From contig NC_057756.1 of the NCBI RefSeq assembly GCF_004010195.1, positions 8,620,208 through 8,665,121 of the forward strand: DNA of 44,914 bases, given 5' to 3'. Under the pieces are notes generated by a model that was given only the letters and a program-made list of their open reading frames with translations, did not search any database and was not told where the DNA came from. The position numbers were made by a program, and so were the translations under genes. The DNA is from Chiloscyllium plagiosum (lineage: Eukaryota). Below, one piece after another: positions 22,434 to 34,500 of the stretch (positions are counted from its first letter, which is position 1; each line of letters opens with the position of its first letter).

Positions 22434-22599
22434 TCAGTACTGGACAGCCCCGTTCCCCAGAAGCTTTTGTTCTCCAGACGCTCCATCCTGATGCTCAGGC
22501 GCTGTTGGCACAAGGCTCTGTGTACAGATCACCTCTCTCAAAGGATCATCATTTGGTGCTTCTTTTGGAGTGCTGCTGACCTGCTTTTTGTTACAGGTA
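22434..22599 (-). CDS. IgV gene exon 6: cytoplasmic tail and stop
   Basis: Acceptor ttctctatcctag|T in phase 2, matching the TM exon. Open for 55 codons to TGA: RTCNKK...VPTAPE...EQKLLGNGAVQY*. Confidence 0.75.
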
Positions 22600-25500
22600 C
22601 TAGGATAGAGAAACCAACAGATTGCAAATTATATTAACAATATTTAATGTAAATTTAATTAGGCCATTTAGCCCCTCAACTTTGCCTACTATCTTTAGAT
22701 GTTAAGTGACATCACGATAGGCATAAAAATATGTTGAAGACATAAGCAGGTGGCATATCTATGTAGATGGGTTAAGTGAGTGACCAAAAATCTGGCAGAT
22801 GGAATATTACCTGGGAAATTAAGTTATTCATTTTGTCAAGAAGAAAGAAAAAAGTGCAACAGTATTTGCACAGAATGACTGCAGAATTCAGAGGGATATA
22901 GGCATTCTGGTGTAAGTGACAAAAAATTGTTATAGAGACACAGCAAGTAAATTTAATGGGATACTATCTTATGGGACGAAGTGAACATAACATTAATTTT
23001 ATGCTTCAGTTATGCAAGGCATTGGTGCGACCACATGTGGAATACCATGTGCAGTTTTGGTCTCCTCATATTTAAGGATGGATATGTATACATATAATGG
23101 AGGTGATTCAGTAGAAGTTTGGACAGAACTCTTCCAGCAACCCTCACAATCCCTCCTCCCAACTTCTGGAATGTAATAATCGTAACTATCTTTAAGGCAA
23201 CAGATACAGCATGGTTACAGTTCTTCTCAAACTTTTCCCACGGTAGGTACTTGTACATTCCATGCTGCTGAGACTGGGGATTGAGGTGAGATCTTGGGTA
23301 AACTGGGGGAAGTGACCCCCTTGAAGCCAGCTCCACAGGCAAGATTCCTGCAAAATAATTAACGGTAGACTGGACACTGTCTGGATCACTGAAAAGCAGC
23401 TGCCCTGCCAAGTCCTGTTTTCTCAAATGTCAAAAGGGCCAGGGGAGGACATGAAAACTCTGTAAAGAGGACATGAAGACTCTACAAAGACTCCCTTGAA
23501 ATGGTGGCAATGTCTAGGAGAGTTTTGTTACTAATCATTCAGGATGGAGGTAACACCTTAAGATCTGTAGGTCAAGATACTACCTGTTGAGTCATGTGAA
23601 GACCCACGGCAGACTTTACATCTAGAGAGGACATTTCAGAGTGAGTGAGCAGACAATGGTGATCTTTCAGTAACAATATCATTTAGTAAACACCAGCAAA
23701 TATAAGTGCAATTTCCTCTACCTTATCACTGGACAATCCCCACCTATCAGACACCAATCTTCTGAGCCTTTACCAGGCTTTCTCCAATACAAGTATGTAC
23801 TTCCTTGAATATTCAAGATAAAAACTGCAAGTAACTCCAGGTTGTCTCACCAAAGCCTTATCCCAAGACTTGTTCATTCATGTACTACAAGTCCCTTGCA
23901 ATAACAGTCAACATGCTATTTGGTTTCAAAACTGGATAACGTGTGTGCATGCTAACTTTGTCCATCTGACCCCTTGTCTCTGAACAGCTTTGAAATGACG
24001 TTCTTTTATCTTGTTAACCTCATGTTCCCACATTATAGTCTGCCACTTATTTCCCAATCAATTGTAGACATTGTGCTAGAACCTTTGTGTCCTCTTCCCA
24101 GCCTGCACGTCTACCTAACGCAGCCCCATTAAAATTTCATTCACTATCTAGGGGACCAGTGGGTGCCGGGTGCTGCATGGTGATGGAGCACAGACTGTAG
24201 AGGGGAGGAGGCTGAGATGGGAGGCAATGGGCAAGAGCTGGATACTTCACAGGACCGGTGTTGACTGAGGCACCAAACAAATAGAAAAATAACACCTTGC
24301 CTTCAAGATTAGAGATGCTTTGCAGAAAATATCATGCGTTTACTATGGTGTGAAACGAACTACAGAAATGTTTCAGAGACTCAATTAGTCTTTACAGGAA
24401 TAGATCCAGGGAGGGCTTGGGTCAGACTAAAAAACGGGAGGCACGATTCCAAAGGGACTCCATTGTTTTTGAGGGCAAAATAGACATTTTGCAGCATCAT
24501 CCACTAAGCTCAATGTATTGCTGCACATGTTTACAATATAAGATGTAATGAAATAAAACTAGAATTAACAGTAAGAGCTTCAGAATGTTCTATAACTCAC
24601 CGTCTTATTAACGAACTGGCTATGACAGCAACATAAACGCTCATAAAGAAAACTGCAAAAGCAATTGCAGTTTTTTGATCACCAGACAGTCCAGGACCTA
24701 GAAACAGAATGAAGCCATTAACAGACTGGGACACACAAACAAAGCCAACAGCAGAGACCTTCAGCACCTAGTGTTTCAGAGCCAGCCCCAGTACAAACAG
24801 ACCCCTGGTTAATTCTAGTCCTGGAGAGATGTGGGAGGTTAGATCCGAATAATCTCTCACACACCAGACCACCCCACAGCTCGTTGCACACACACATATT
24901 GCCCCACAATGGAATTGATACATGCTTTTCAATAAAGAGAACTGGACACTGACCAGCAGCAGTCTCTGTTCATTTAAACCCAACAGCATTTGGAATTTAG
25001 CTGGAATATTTTTTAAAAATGGCTGCTTGGGAAAGTCATGGGATTGGGTGGAACAGGTTACTCCCACACTAGCATTGTTCCTTACTGCTCCCAATCCCAT
25101 CAGTTTCCTAACAGGAGTGTTCTGTGAAAATTGTACTGTTGTTACTCCCCTCACAGAAATCCAGCAATACTAAGGCTAGTGGGAAATAGGAATCCTCTGT
25201 CACAAAGCTGTTCCTTTTTTCCGAAAAGCTGTTCCTTTTCTCGACGATACTGTGTACCTGGATTTTTTTTTCAGAGGGGTCATTAACAGGCCAGGCTCTG
25301 AAACAGCTGGAAGAGCACAGCAGTTCAGGCAGCATCCGAGGAGCAGTAAAATCGACGTTTCGGGCAAAAGCCCTTCATCAGGAATAAAGGCAGAGAACCT
25401 GAAGCGTGGAGAGATAAGCTAGAGGAGGGTGGGGGTGGGGAGAAAGTAGCAGAGTACAATAGGTGAGGGGGGAGGGGATGAAGGTGATAGGTCAGGGAGG

Positions 25501-28500
25501 AGGGTGGAGTGGATAGGTGGAAAAGAAGATAGACAGGTAGGACAAGTCATGGGGACAGTGCTGAGCTGGAAGTTTGGAACTAGGGTGAGGTGGGGGAAGG
25601 GGAAATGAGGAAACTGTTGAAGCAGATGGGTTTGGTACAGGGATGAAGCCTTTTTGTTTATATGTAAACAGATGAGTCTTTAGGCCAAAGCTTTTAAGTT
25701 TTTAGAAGTAACCTAGGGGATATGGCCAGCTCTCTAGCTGAGCAGTTCAGTCCAGAACTAGTTAGGGAGTTCAGCAGTGAACTGTGTGAAGAAAGGCTCT
25801 CTCCTTCTGCCCTTCTAACTTCGACCTGTAAGCCTTGGTTTCATTTTTACTGTACTTAAGGGATTTGCTTATTGGGACTGTTGTGTATATTTGGAACAGC
25901 ATAACTAAGTCTAGTTTGGATAGACTGAGTTCTGTAGGGGTTCTTTATGTTTCATTGTGTAATTTTGTGAATAAACTTTTGTCTGTTTTAAAACCTGGTA
26001 GCTAAAACCTAGGTAACTTTCACTGTACTCTGTTATGGCCTGGGCTGTCTGCTTAAGAATGTTTTAGGTGGTTTGGCCTCATCCATAACACCTCAGTTAT
26101 AGAGTCCTCCAGGACAGAGACAGGCCCTTTGGCCCAAACTGGTCCATGCCAACCAAAAATGTTCATCCATGCTAACCCCAAATCCCTGCACTTGGCCCTT
26201 ACCTATGGATAGGTAAACCTTACCTATCCATGTATTTATCCAAATGCCTTTTAAATGTTGTTAATGTACCTGTCTCAACCATGGCAGCTCATTCCTTATG
26301 CATACCAACCTCTTAAACTTGTCCCTCAGGTTCCCTTTTATTCTTTCTCCCTAACTTTAATTTTATGCCCTATAGTACTCGATTCCCTGACCCTGGGAAA
26401 AAGACTGAGTGCGTACACCCTACCCATGCCTCTCATGATCTTATACACCTTTCTAAAAAGACCGCCTCAGCATCTTGCAGTCTAAAGGAAAGATGTCCAA
26501 GTTTGTCCTGGCAATATTCTTGTATATTTCTTCTGCATTCTTTCCAGTTTAATAACATCCTTCCAATAGCAAGGTGACTAAACCTGAACACAGTACTCCA
26601 AGTGCAGCCTCACTAATACCCTGCACAACTGCAACATAGCTTCTCAACTTCTATAGCCAATGTTCTGACTGATGAAGGCCAGTGTGCCAAAAGCCTTCTT
26701 CACTGCCCTGTATACCTGTGACTCCACTTTCAGAGAACCATGCATCTGAACTCCCTCTGTTCCACTACACTCCTTAAGGCCCTACCATTCACCATGAAAC
26801 TCCTACCTTGATTTGACTTTCCAAAATGCAAGACCTCACATTTATCTATATTAAACTTCACTTGCCATTTCTTTCCCAGCTGATAAAGGTGCTGCAATTT
26901 CTGATAACCTTCCTCACTATCCACGATACCCCCTATTTTAAATGTCATCTGCAAACTTGTTAATCATGCCTTGTACATTCTCATCCAAATCATTGATATA
27001 GATAACAAACAGCAAAGCACCCAGCACCAACCCGTGAGGAAAAGCACTAGTCACAGGCCTCCAGTCTGACAAACATACTTCCACTGTTACCTTCTGTGTC
27101 CTACCATCAAGCCAATTGTGTATCCAATTTGCCAGCTCCCCCCCCCCGTATTCCATGCAATCTAATCTTCCACAGCAACCTGCTACATGGAACTTTATCA
27201 AAGGCCTTACAGAACTAGTATATATTGATTTCAGTATCGGAGGGACAGGAAGAGGAACCTCAAACCGAAATAACAATTCTAAGGAGTTTAAGCAGCAGTT
27301 CTAGGTAAGTGACCCACACCATTCACTGAATCATTCTTTAGTGAAATATCACAGCATTTCGAACCTTCTAATATTCCACCCTGTCAATCCAGCATGATCC
27401 AATGGAAGAGCTGAAAACACATGCAGTAGTTTAGAAACAGATTTACCTGGTACAGGTGTGTTCAGTCTAGCTGTATCAATTCGCTCTAAAGAAAACATCA
27501 GGTGTTTAGTACAGTGTGCGAAACAAACTGCAGTTATGTTCAGAGACTCTGTCGGGCTTTAGGGAAACACATCCAAGGAGGAATGAGGCTCAGGTCAGAC
27601 TGATCAGGAATGGAATCAGGAGTGAAAATTCCAACAGAATTGGATGTTTTCCAGAGTGACCCTGAGCAGGATCATTCCCAGCAGCTTACATCCCCCTGTG
27701 GAGAGAATCCTCACAGGATCCTGGGCCGACTGGGATACACTTCCAAGGTCAGTGCACTGGGTCTTGGAAAGGCTGCTTGGGAGAGGCTGTGGGTCCCACC
27801 TCCTGCAGCCCAACCTCTGGCGACAGAAGGACCAGGTTTCTGGGGAGGAAGTGCAGGTTCTCGCACTGTTAACCCCTTCCATCACCCAGTTTGGTAGCTC
27901 TGTCCTTCAGGGCTCAGCCAGCTCACTTCATTACTGAGTGACCCTTGGGGATGGACAGGGAAGACCCACTCAGTAGATTCTATGTCTGTGTGACTCTCAG
28001 TGCTTCCCCCAATTGGGGTTGAACATTGTGGGGTACCCATTGATCAGCTGAAGGAGGGCAGTAGTTGAGGGCCTATGTTTCACCTGCGACTAAGGGACTT
28101 CAATGTTGAGGAGTCCCAAGGAAAATCCCACTGGACGGCATACTGCCATTTCTGGTGGGTGAGACAAAGCTTTTACAGGGATGTTGATAGCAGAATCTGG
28201 GATACAAGGCTGATACCACGTCACACAGCTCTCAACTTGGACACCAGTACTTAAATGGCTGGATTTAAAGACAGTATCCTGATTTCTTGCCTAGGTCACA
28301 GTTTAGCGGTTTGACACAAACTGATGTTTAACTGCCCTCTGACCTATTCGGCCAATTCACTCAGCTTAATCAGGGACTGGAGTCACATATAGCCCAGACC
28401 AGGTAAGAACAGCAGGTTTCCTTCCCTAAAGGGACATGAGGGAACCAGTTGGGGTTTTACAACAATCCAACAGCTTCATCATCACTTTTATTGGGACCAA

Positions 28501-31500
28501 CTTTCTATTTCCAGATTTTTATTGAATAAAACTAAATTTAAATTCTGGAAGTGTCATGGTGTGATTGGAACTCAGTCTCTGAATTATTAGTTTTAGGTCT
28601 CTCTGAATTACTCTACTAGTAACATAATCTCTGCATTAATCCATCTGTAAAATTCAGTGATTAAACACAGAGTACCTGACTGAGAAACTGCTTACCTGCT
28701 AGCGAGAGATGGATAAAATCAGCTTGCTCCAGATTATAGCCCACAGTTATTCTCTTGTAAATGTAACACACATATTCATCCTGGTCTGACTCCCTGAGGT
28801 CAGAGATCAGAATTGACCAGTTGCCTTGTTCCAGCTGATCCTTGAATAGATCTGTTCTGTTTCCAAACCGTGCGTCTTGTTCTGTCAAATCATCACTCCC
28901 ATCAATGAACTTCCATAAAATGTCACGCTTTGATATGCCCCACACTACCAGTAAATTGGAGACTGGGACATGTCCTTTGTAGATACAGGGCAGCAAAATC
29001 TGCTCTCCCACGATCCCAATAACTGAGACAGGTGAGTCACCTGGAAAAGATAGGAAGTATTTATCCACAGATAGAACCTCCCTGCTGGTAATTACATTCT
29101 CAAGCCTCTCATGGTTACACTGCAATGCTGGATTTACAAGAAACTCTGATCAGTAACTTATTGTTTCATTTCTGGGGAAAGGTTAAAGCTCCGACACTAA
29201 AGGGACTTCAACTAAAATGCATTTTTAGCTAGATATTTGTAAACACAGTTTTCTATTTTACACATGATGGGAGAACACATCGGGATAGCCATCAGCACCC
29301 TTTGGGAGAAATGTGCAATTTTCATCCCTGTATTTAAGAAAAGGTATACTCGGTAGGATGTACTGTTGGAGGCTGTTCAAAAGAGATTCATAAACAAGAA
29401 CAGCTAAAGAAGTTAGGCCTTTATCCATCAGATTTTAGAAGAATGGAGTACGATCTAATTGAAACAAAGAGGATTCTGAGGGGGCTTGAAAGGGTACATA
29501 ATGAAAAGATGCTTCCACCAGTGAAAGAATAGGCTGCAGAGGGTCATGGAATCATACAGAACAGGTTTTTCAGCCCATTGAATCAGCACTGACCTATCTG
29601 CATTAATCGTATTTTCCAGCACGTGGCCCATACCCCTGAGTATTATGATATGTCAAATGTTCATCCAGTAATTTTGGAGGCTGAGAGATTTTCAGCCTCA
29701 ACTACCCTCCCAAGTGCTGTATTCCAAATTCCCACCACTTGCAGGAAAAATACTTCCAGAAGTTCCCTCAAATCTCTTGCTTTTCACTTTAAAATTATGC
29801 CCTATTGGTACTGCCCCTTTGACTAAGGGGAACAGCTGCTTCCTGTCCATGCCCCTCATTCTTTAACACCTTGATCAGGTCTCCTTCAATCTTCTCTCCA
29901 AAGAAAGGAGTTTGAGCTTATTCAGCATCTTTTCATTGCCAAACTGCTCTATCCCAGGAAATAATTCTGTGACTATCATGGTGAATCTTCTCTGCGCCAC
30001 ATCCTTACTATTGAGATCAGAACTGCACAAAGTACTCCAGCTGTGGCCTAACCAAAGTTTTGTACAGCTGCAACATAATCTCTGCTCTTATATTTTACAT
30101 CGCATATGATAAAGTATGCCTTCTCAAACCATATAAAAGGGATGTCTTCTTCCAGAGGGTAATGAATGTCGAGAATTTATTTTTAGATTCCCTACAGTGT
30201 GGAAACAGGCCTTTTGGCCCAACAAGTCTACACAGACCCTCTGAAGAGTAACCTACCCAGACCCATTTCCCTCTAACTAAAGCACTAACACTACGGGCAA
30301 TTTAGCATGACCGGCACATCTTTGGACTGTGGGAGGAAACCGGAGCACCCAGAGGAAACCCACGCAGACACTGGGAGAATGTGCAAACTCCACACAGTCG
30401 CCCAAGGCTGGAATTGAACCTGGATCCTTGGTGCTGTAAGGCGGCAGTGCTAACCACTGAGCCACCATGCCGCCCCAGGAAGTGTCCCTCATTCACCACA
30501 TTATACTGGAGGAGTATTAGTATTCCACATGGCCTCATCATTTTGCCCTTAAATTATTCTTTTGTTTTCATATTCACTACATGATGTGGGTGTCACTGGC
30601 TGGCCCATCGCTAGTTTCTTTGATAAGTTGATGGGTTGAGCTGCCTTCTTGAACAGCTGCAGTAAATTTGCTTTAGGTACAACCACAATCACAATGCCAT
30701 CAGGGAGAAGTTTCCAAGATTTTGACCCAGCAACACCGAAAGAACGACAATATGTTTCCAAGTTAAAGGTGTTTACTTCCTTCCTCTAGTGTAATGAATG
30801 TGAAATATACAAGAGAGATCTTACTCTACTTCTCACATGTTAAATTTGGATTTAAATCCAAAAGACCAGTTTCAGTTTAAAGACAAGACAACAAAAATAT
30901 TCAGCCAGTCCTGCCTACCAATGTTCACATTACACATCAATGGACAATGGGCATGTATTTAAGGTAAGGGGCAGAAAGTTTAGAGGAGATGTGAGGAAAT
31001 GTGTTTTCAGTCAGAGGGTGGTGGGAATCCGGAACTCACTGCCTGCAAAGGTGCTAGAGGCAGAAACCCCATAACATTTAAGATGTTTTTAGATGTGTAC
31101 TTGCAACACCACAGTGTGCCAGGCCACAGGCCAAGTGCTGGGAAATGGAATTAGAATATTAAGATATTTGACCTGCACAGGCTTTAGGTTGACAGGCCTT
31201 TTTCTGTGCTGTCGATCTCCAACATCGAAAATAAACATGTATGATAGAATCATGAATCAGAATGTTACGGTATGAAAGGAAGCCATTCAACCCATCATGT
31301 CTATACCAGTTCCTGAAAGAATTAATGCCACTCTCCAACTCCATTTCCATAGTTCTCTAACTTCATCCCTTTCAAATATATCCAGCTGTACTTTGAAACC
31401 GCCTATGGAACCTGCCACTATAGAGTCATACAATCATACAGCACAGAAACCAGACCCCTTGGTCTAAGCAGTCCATGCTGAATATAATCCCAAACTAAAC

Positions 31501-34500
31501 TGGTCTCACCTACATTTTCCTGGCTGATGCCCCTCCAAACCTTTCCTATTCATGTATCTATCCAAATGTCTTTTAAACATTGGAACTGTGTGCACATCCA
31601 CCACTTCCTCAGGAAGTTCATTCCACACGCGAACCGCCACTGTGGAAGAAATTTATTCCAATGTCTTTTTTTAAATGTCTCTCCTCTCACCGTAAAAATG
31701 CACCTCCTTGTTTGGAAATCCTCCATCCTAGGGAAAATACACCTATTAACCCTATCTACACTCTTCATTATTATATAAACCTCTATAAAAGGTCATCTTT
31801 CAACCTCCTACTCTCCAGTAAAAAAAGTCCCAACTGTTCTTCATAACTCAAACCTTCATACTCGGGCAAGAATTACATCCTGATAAATCTCTTCTGAATC
31901 CTCTCTAACTTAATAATGTCCTTGACTCTCCTAAATCTAAACAAATCCCAACAACTGAGTAAAGATGTTTCTCCTCATCTCACTCTTATCTCTCTTGCTG
32001 AGGCTCTTGAAATTGTGACCCCTATATGGATAGTTTTCCCCTTGTTAGTTGACCTTGCATACTGAATGCTTCCAATATTGTTAAATGGCTCTACATAATG
32101 ACTGCTTTTCCACCTTATTAACCCATTACCCTTGCCTCCAGCACCCCATTGTTAACTGTAAGTTCTCATCTGGTCTCAGTCACGCTCAACTGAACCACTT
32201 GTTTCACAAAACTCAGAACTCAACTCTTTCCCTATCTGCTCGTACCAGATACATATTCTCATTAGAGTACTGGTTGATCAAGAGGCCCACATAATCAATG
32301 TAAAAACACATAATAACACGTAATATTCGGGGTGTGTATACATCATTGCTAATACTTTATTTACAGCATAAATCACTTAACTAACAATGCAACTTTGCCT
32401 TAAATAAAACTTAGTGGCAGAGAGCCTTTTTAATGGCAACTTCAACTGACTACTTAGATATCGTGGAGATTGCAAATACAGTAAACTTCCAATTATCCGT
32501 TTGCTCACTGAGCTAGTGAGTTTGTTCTCAGACATTTCGTCACCATGCTAGGTAACATCAGTGAGTTTCCGGTGAAGAGTTGTTGTTCTATCTCACTTGC
32601 TATTTACGTGTGTTGGTTTGTTGCGGTATTATCATTTCTAGTTCTGTTTCCGAGAGGTTGGTATGTGGTGTCCAGATCTGTTAGTTAATGAAGTTACAAT
32701 TTGAAAACTATGCCTCTAGGAATTGCCATGTGTCCCCTTCTTTGACCTGTCCTGGGATGGATGCACTGTCCTAATCGAACTGGTGTCCCTCTTTGTCTGT
32801 GTGTACGGAAACTAGTGATAGTTGGTCATGTCTTTTGGTGGCTAGTTTCCTGCCGTTTGTCCAATATAATGTTTGCTGCAGTCCTTGTAGGGTATTTTGT
32901 ATATGACATTCATTCTGCTGGCTGTGAGTATGAGGTCCTTTAACTTCATCAGTAGTTGTTTTAGTGTGGTAATAGGTTTATGGGCTACCATGATGCAGAG
33001 AGGCCAGAGTAGTCTGGTGGCCATCTCTGAAATGTTTGATATATGGTAGTTTTCTATCAGGTGTTTTAGTTTTCGTTGCATCCAAGGCCAAACAAAGACA
33101 CGCGCAGGAATTTCTAGACCCCTGGCATTCAAGACTCAGCCCACTCTATCCACTCCCCCCAGGGATTCCTTAACAGCAAAGAAACCAAGACAGAGGAGAA
33201 CAAGGTAATGATCTACTTTGACACGATAGCACTGTTCACATCAATAAACATCATTCTAGCCAAAGAAACAGTAGCCTCACTGCAAGACAAACCAGTGATA
33301 CAAACACCCAACACCGCCAACTCCATCAGCAAGGACAGCATCTTCAACCTACTGGACTGGTGTCTCACAACCCACTTTACCTTCAACAAGATATGCAAAG
33401 AAACGGACGGGACGCCTATGGGATCACCAATGTCAGGTCTTATCACAGGAGCAGGTATAGAGATGTTAGAACGAACAGCCCTTCCTACAATCCAGCCTAA
33501 GCTTTGGGTCAACTATGTGGATGACAGCTTTGTCATCAAGAAAAGTGGCAAACTTGAAGAAAACCACAAACACAAACAACATCCTCACTGGTAGAAAATT
33601 CACCAAAGAGGAAGAGAACAATAACCAATTCCCCTTCTTGGACGTCATGGTAGAACAAAAAGCTAATGGAGAACTGCAGACCAGTGTTTACAGGAAGGCC
33701 ACACACCGTCCAGATGCTGAACTACAGATGCAACTGGTTGTGGAGGGAAAACACCGGTCTTGGAGTCAGAATCGGGATTCAGTGACAATGACAGTTTATT
33801 GCACAGGGAAATACCGGAGATCCGGGAAGAGAAAGACACCGACAGCACAGTGGTCAGCTGCAAGTCTTCTCTCGATATGGAGCACATGTCAAGAAACTTT
33901 TATCCTTCTTGTGATACAATAGGTCAGTGATGAGATTATTGTCTTTGTAACAAGGTTTGTTTATAGTAATCATTGCAGAATTGTTGATAGTTTTGATAGT
34001 CTTTGTCAGTTCCAGCACAGCTCTATAAGAGGTGTTGGCTGGACCCAGACACTTCAGCTGACAATGTTTGTTACTCATGTATTCTCTCCCCCACCCACCT
34101 TAAACTAATCAACTGGATTGTGAGTGCGTTGTGCTGGCATTCTGGTGGCTCCAGGCAGTGTCTGTATCTGCTCTGTTTCTCTCCATATTATGATCCGGGG
34201 GCCACCTTGTGTATCCGTGTGCCTAGTGTCACCCACAAATGGAGCCGCTTCAGGAAACTATTTAAATGAGCCACAATACAGTGCAGCACCCTGCAACTAC
34301 GAGAAGCTGAGGAGAAACACCCATATAACAGATTCAGGAACAACAGTTTATCCAATAAGTGGAGTCCGCTGATTCCTACACAATGAATCAAAACAGTAAG
34401 ACACAACACGCCCAGAGACTCTAGTGACTATACCATACAAAGATATTTCAGAGACGACCACCAGACTATTCCTAGGCATCGTGGTAGCCCACAAAGCTAC

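Noticed and set aside
22425..22445. ITIM/YxxPhi motif at the C-terminus (VQY*VF)
   Set aside because: The stop directly follows Tyr; the motif would need read-through, for which there is no evidence.
25203..25240. Short direct repeat AAAGCTGTTCCTTTT x2
   Set aside because: Simple local duplication with no sign of function.
27550..28250. GC-richer intronic block with several ~95-aa ORFs; considered as a missing IgC exon
   Set aside because: No Ig C-domain Cys/Trp pattern or phase-1 splice pair found; probably an old unclassified repeat.
28661..29125. 154-aa ORF as a single-exon gene
   Set aside because: Only 28696-29040 is the IgV exon; both flanks are intron read-through past clear splice sites.
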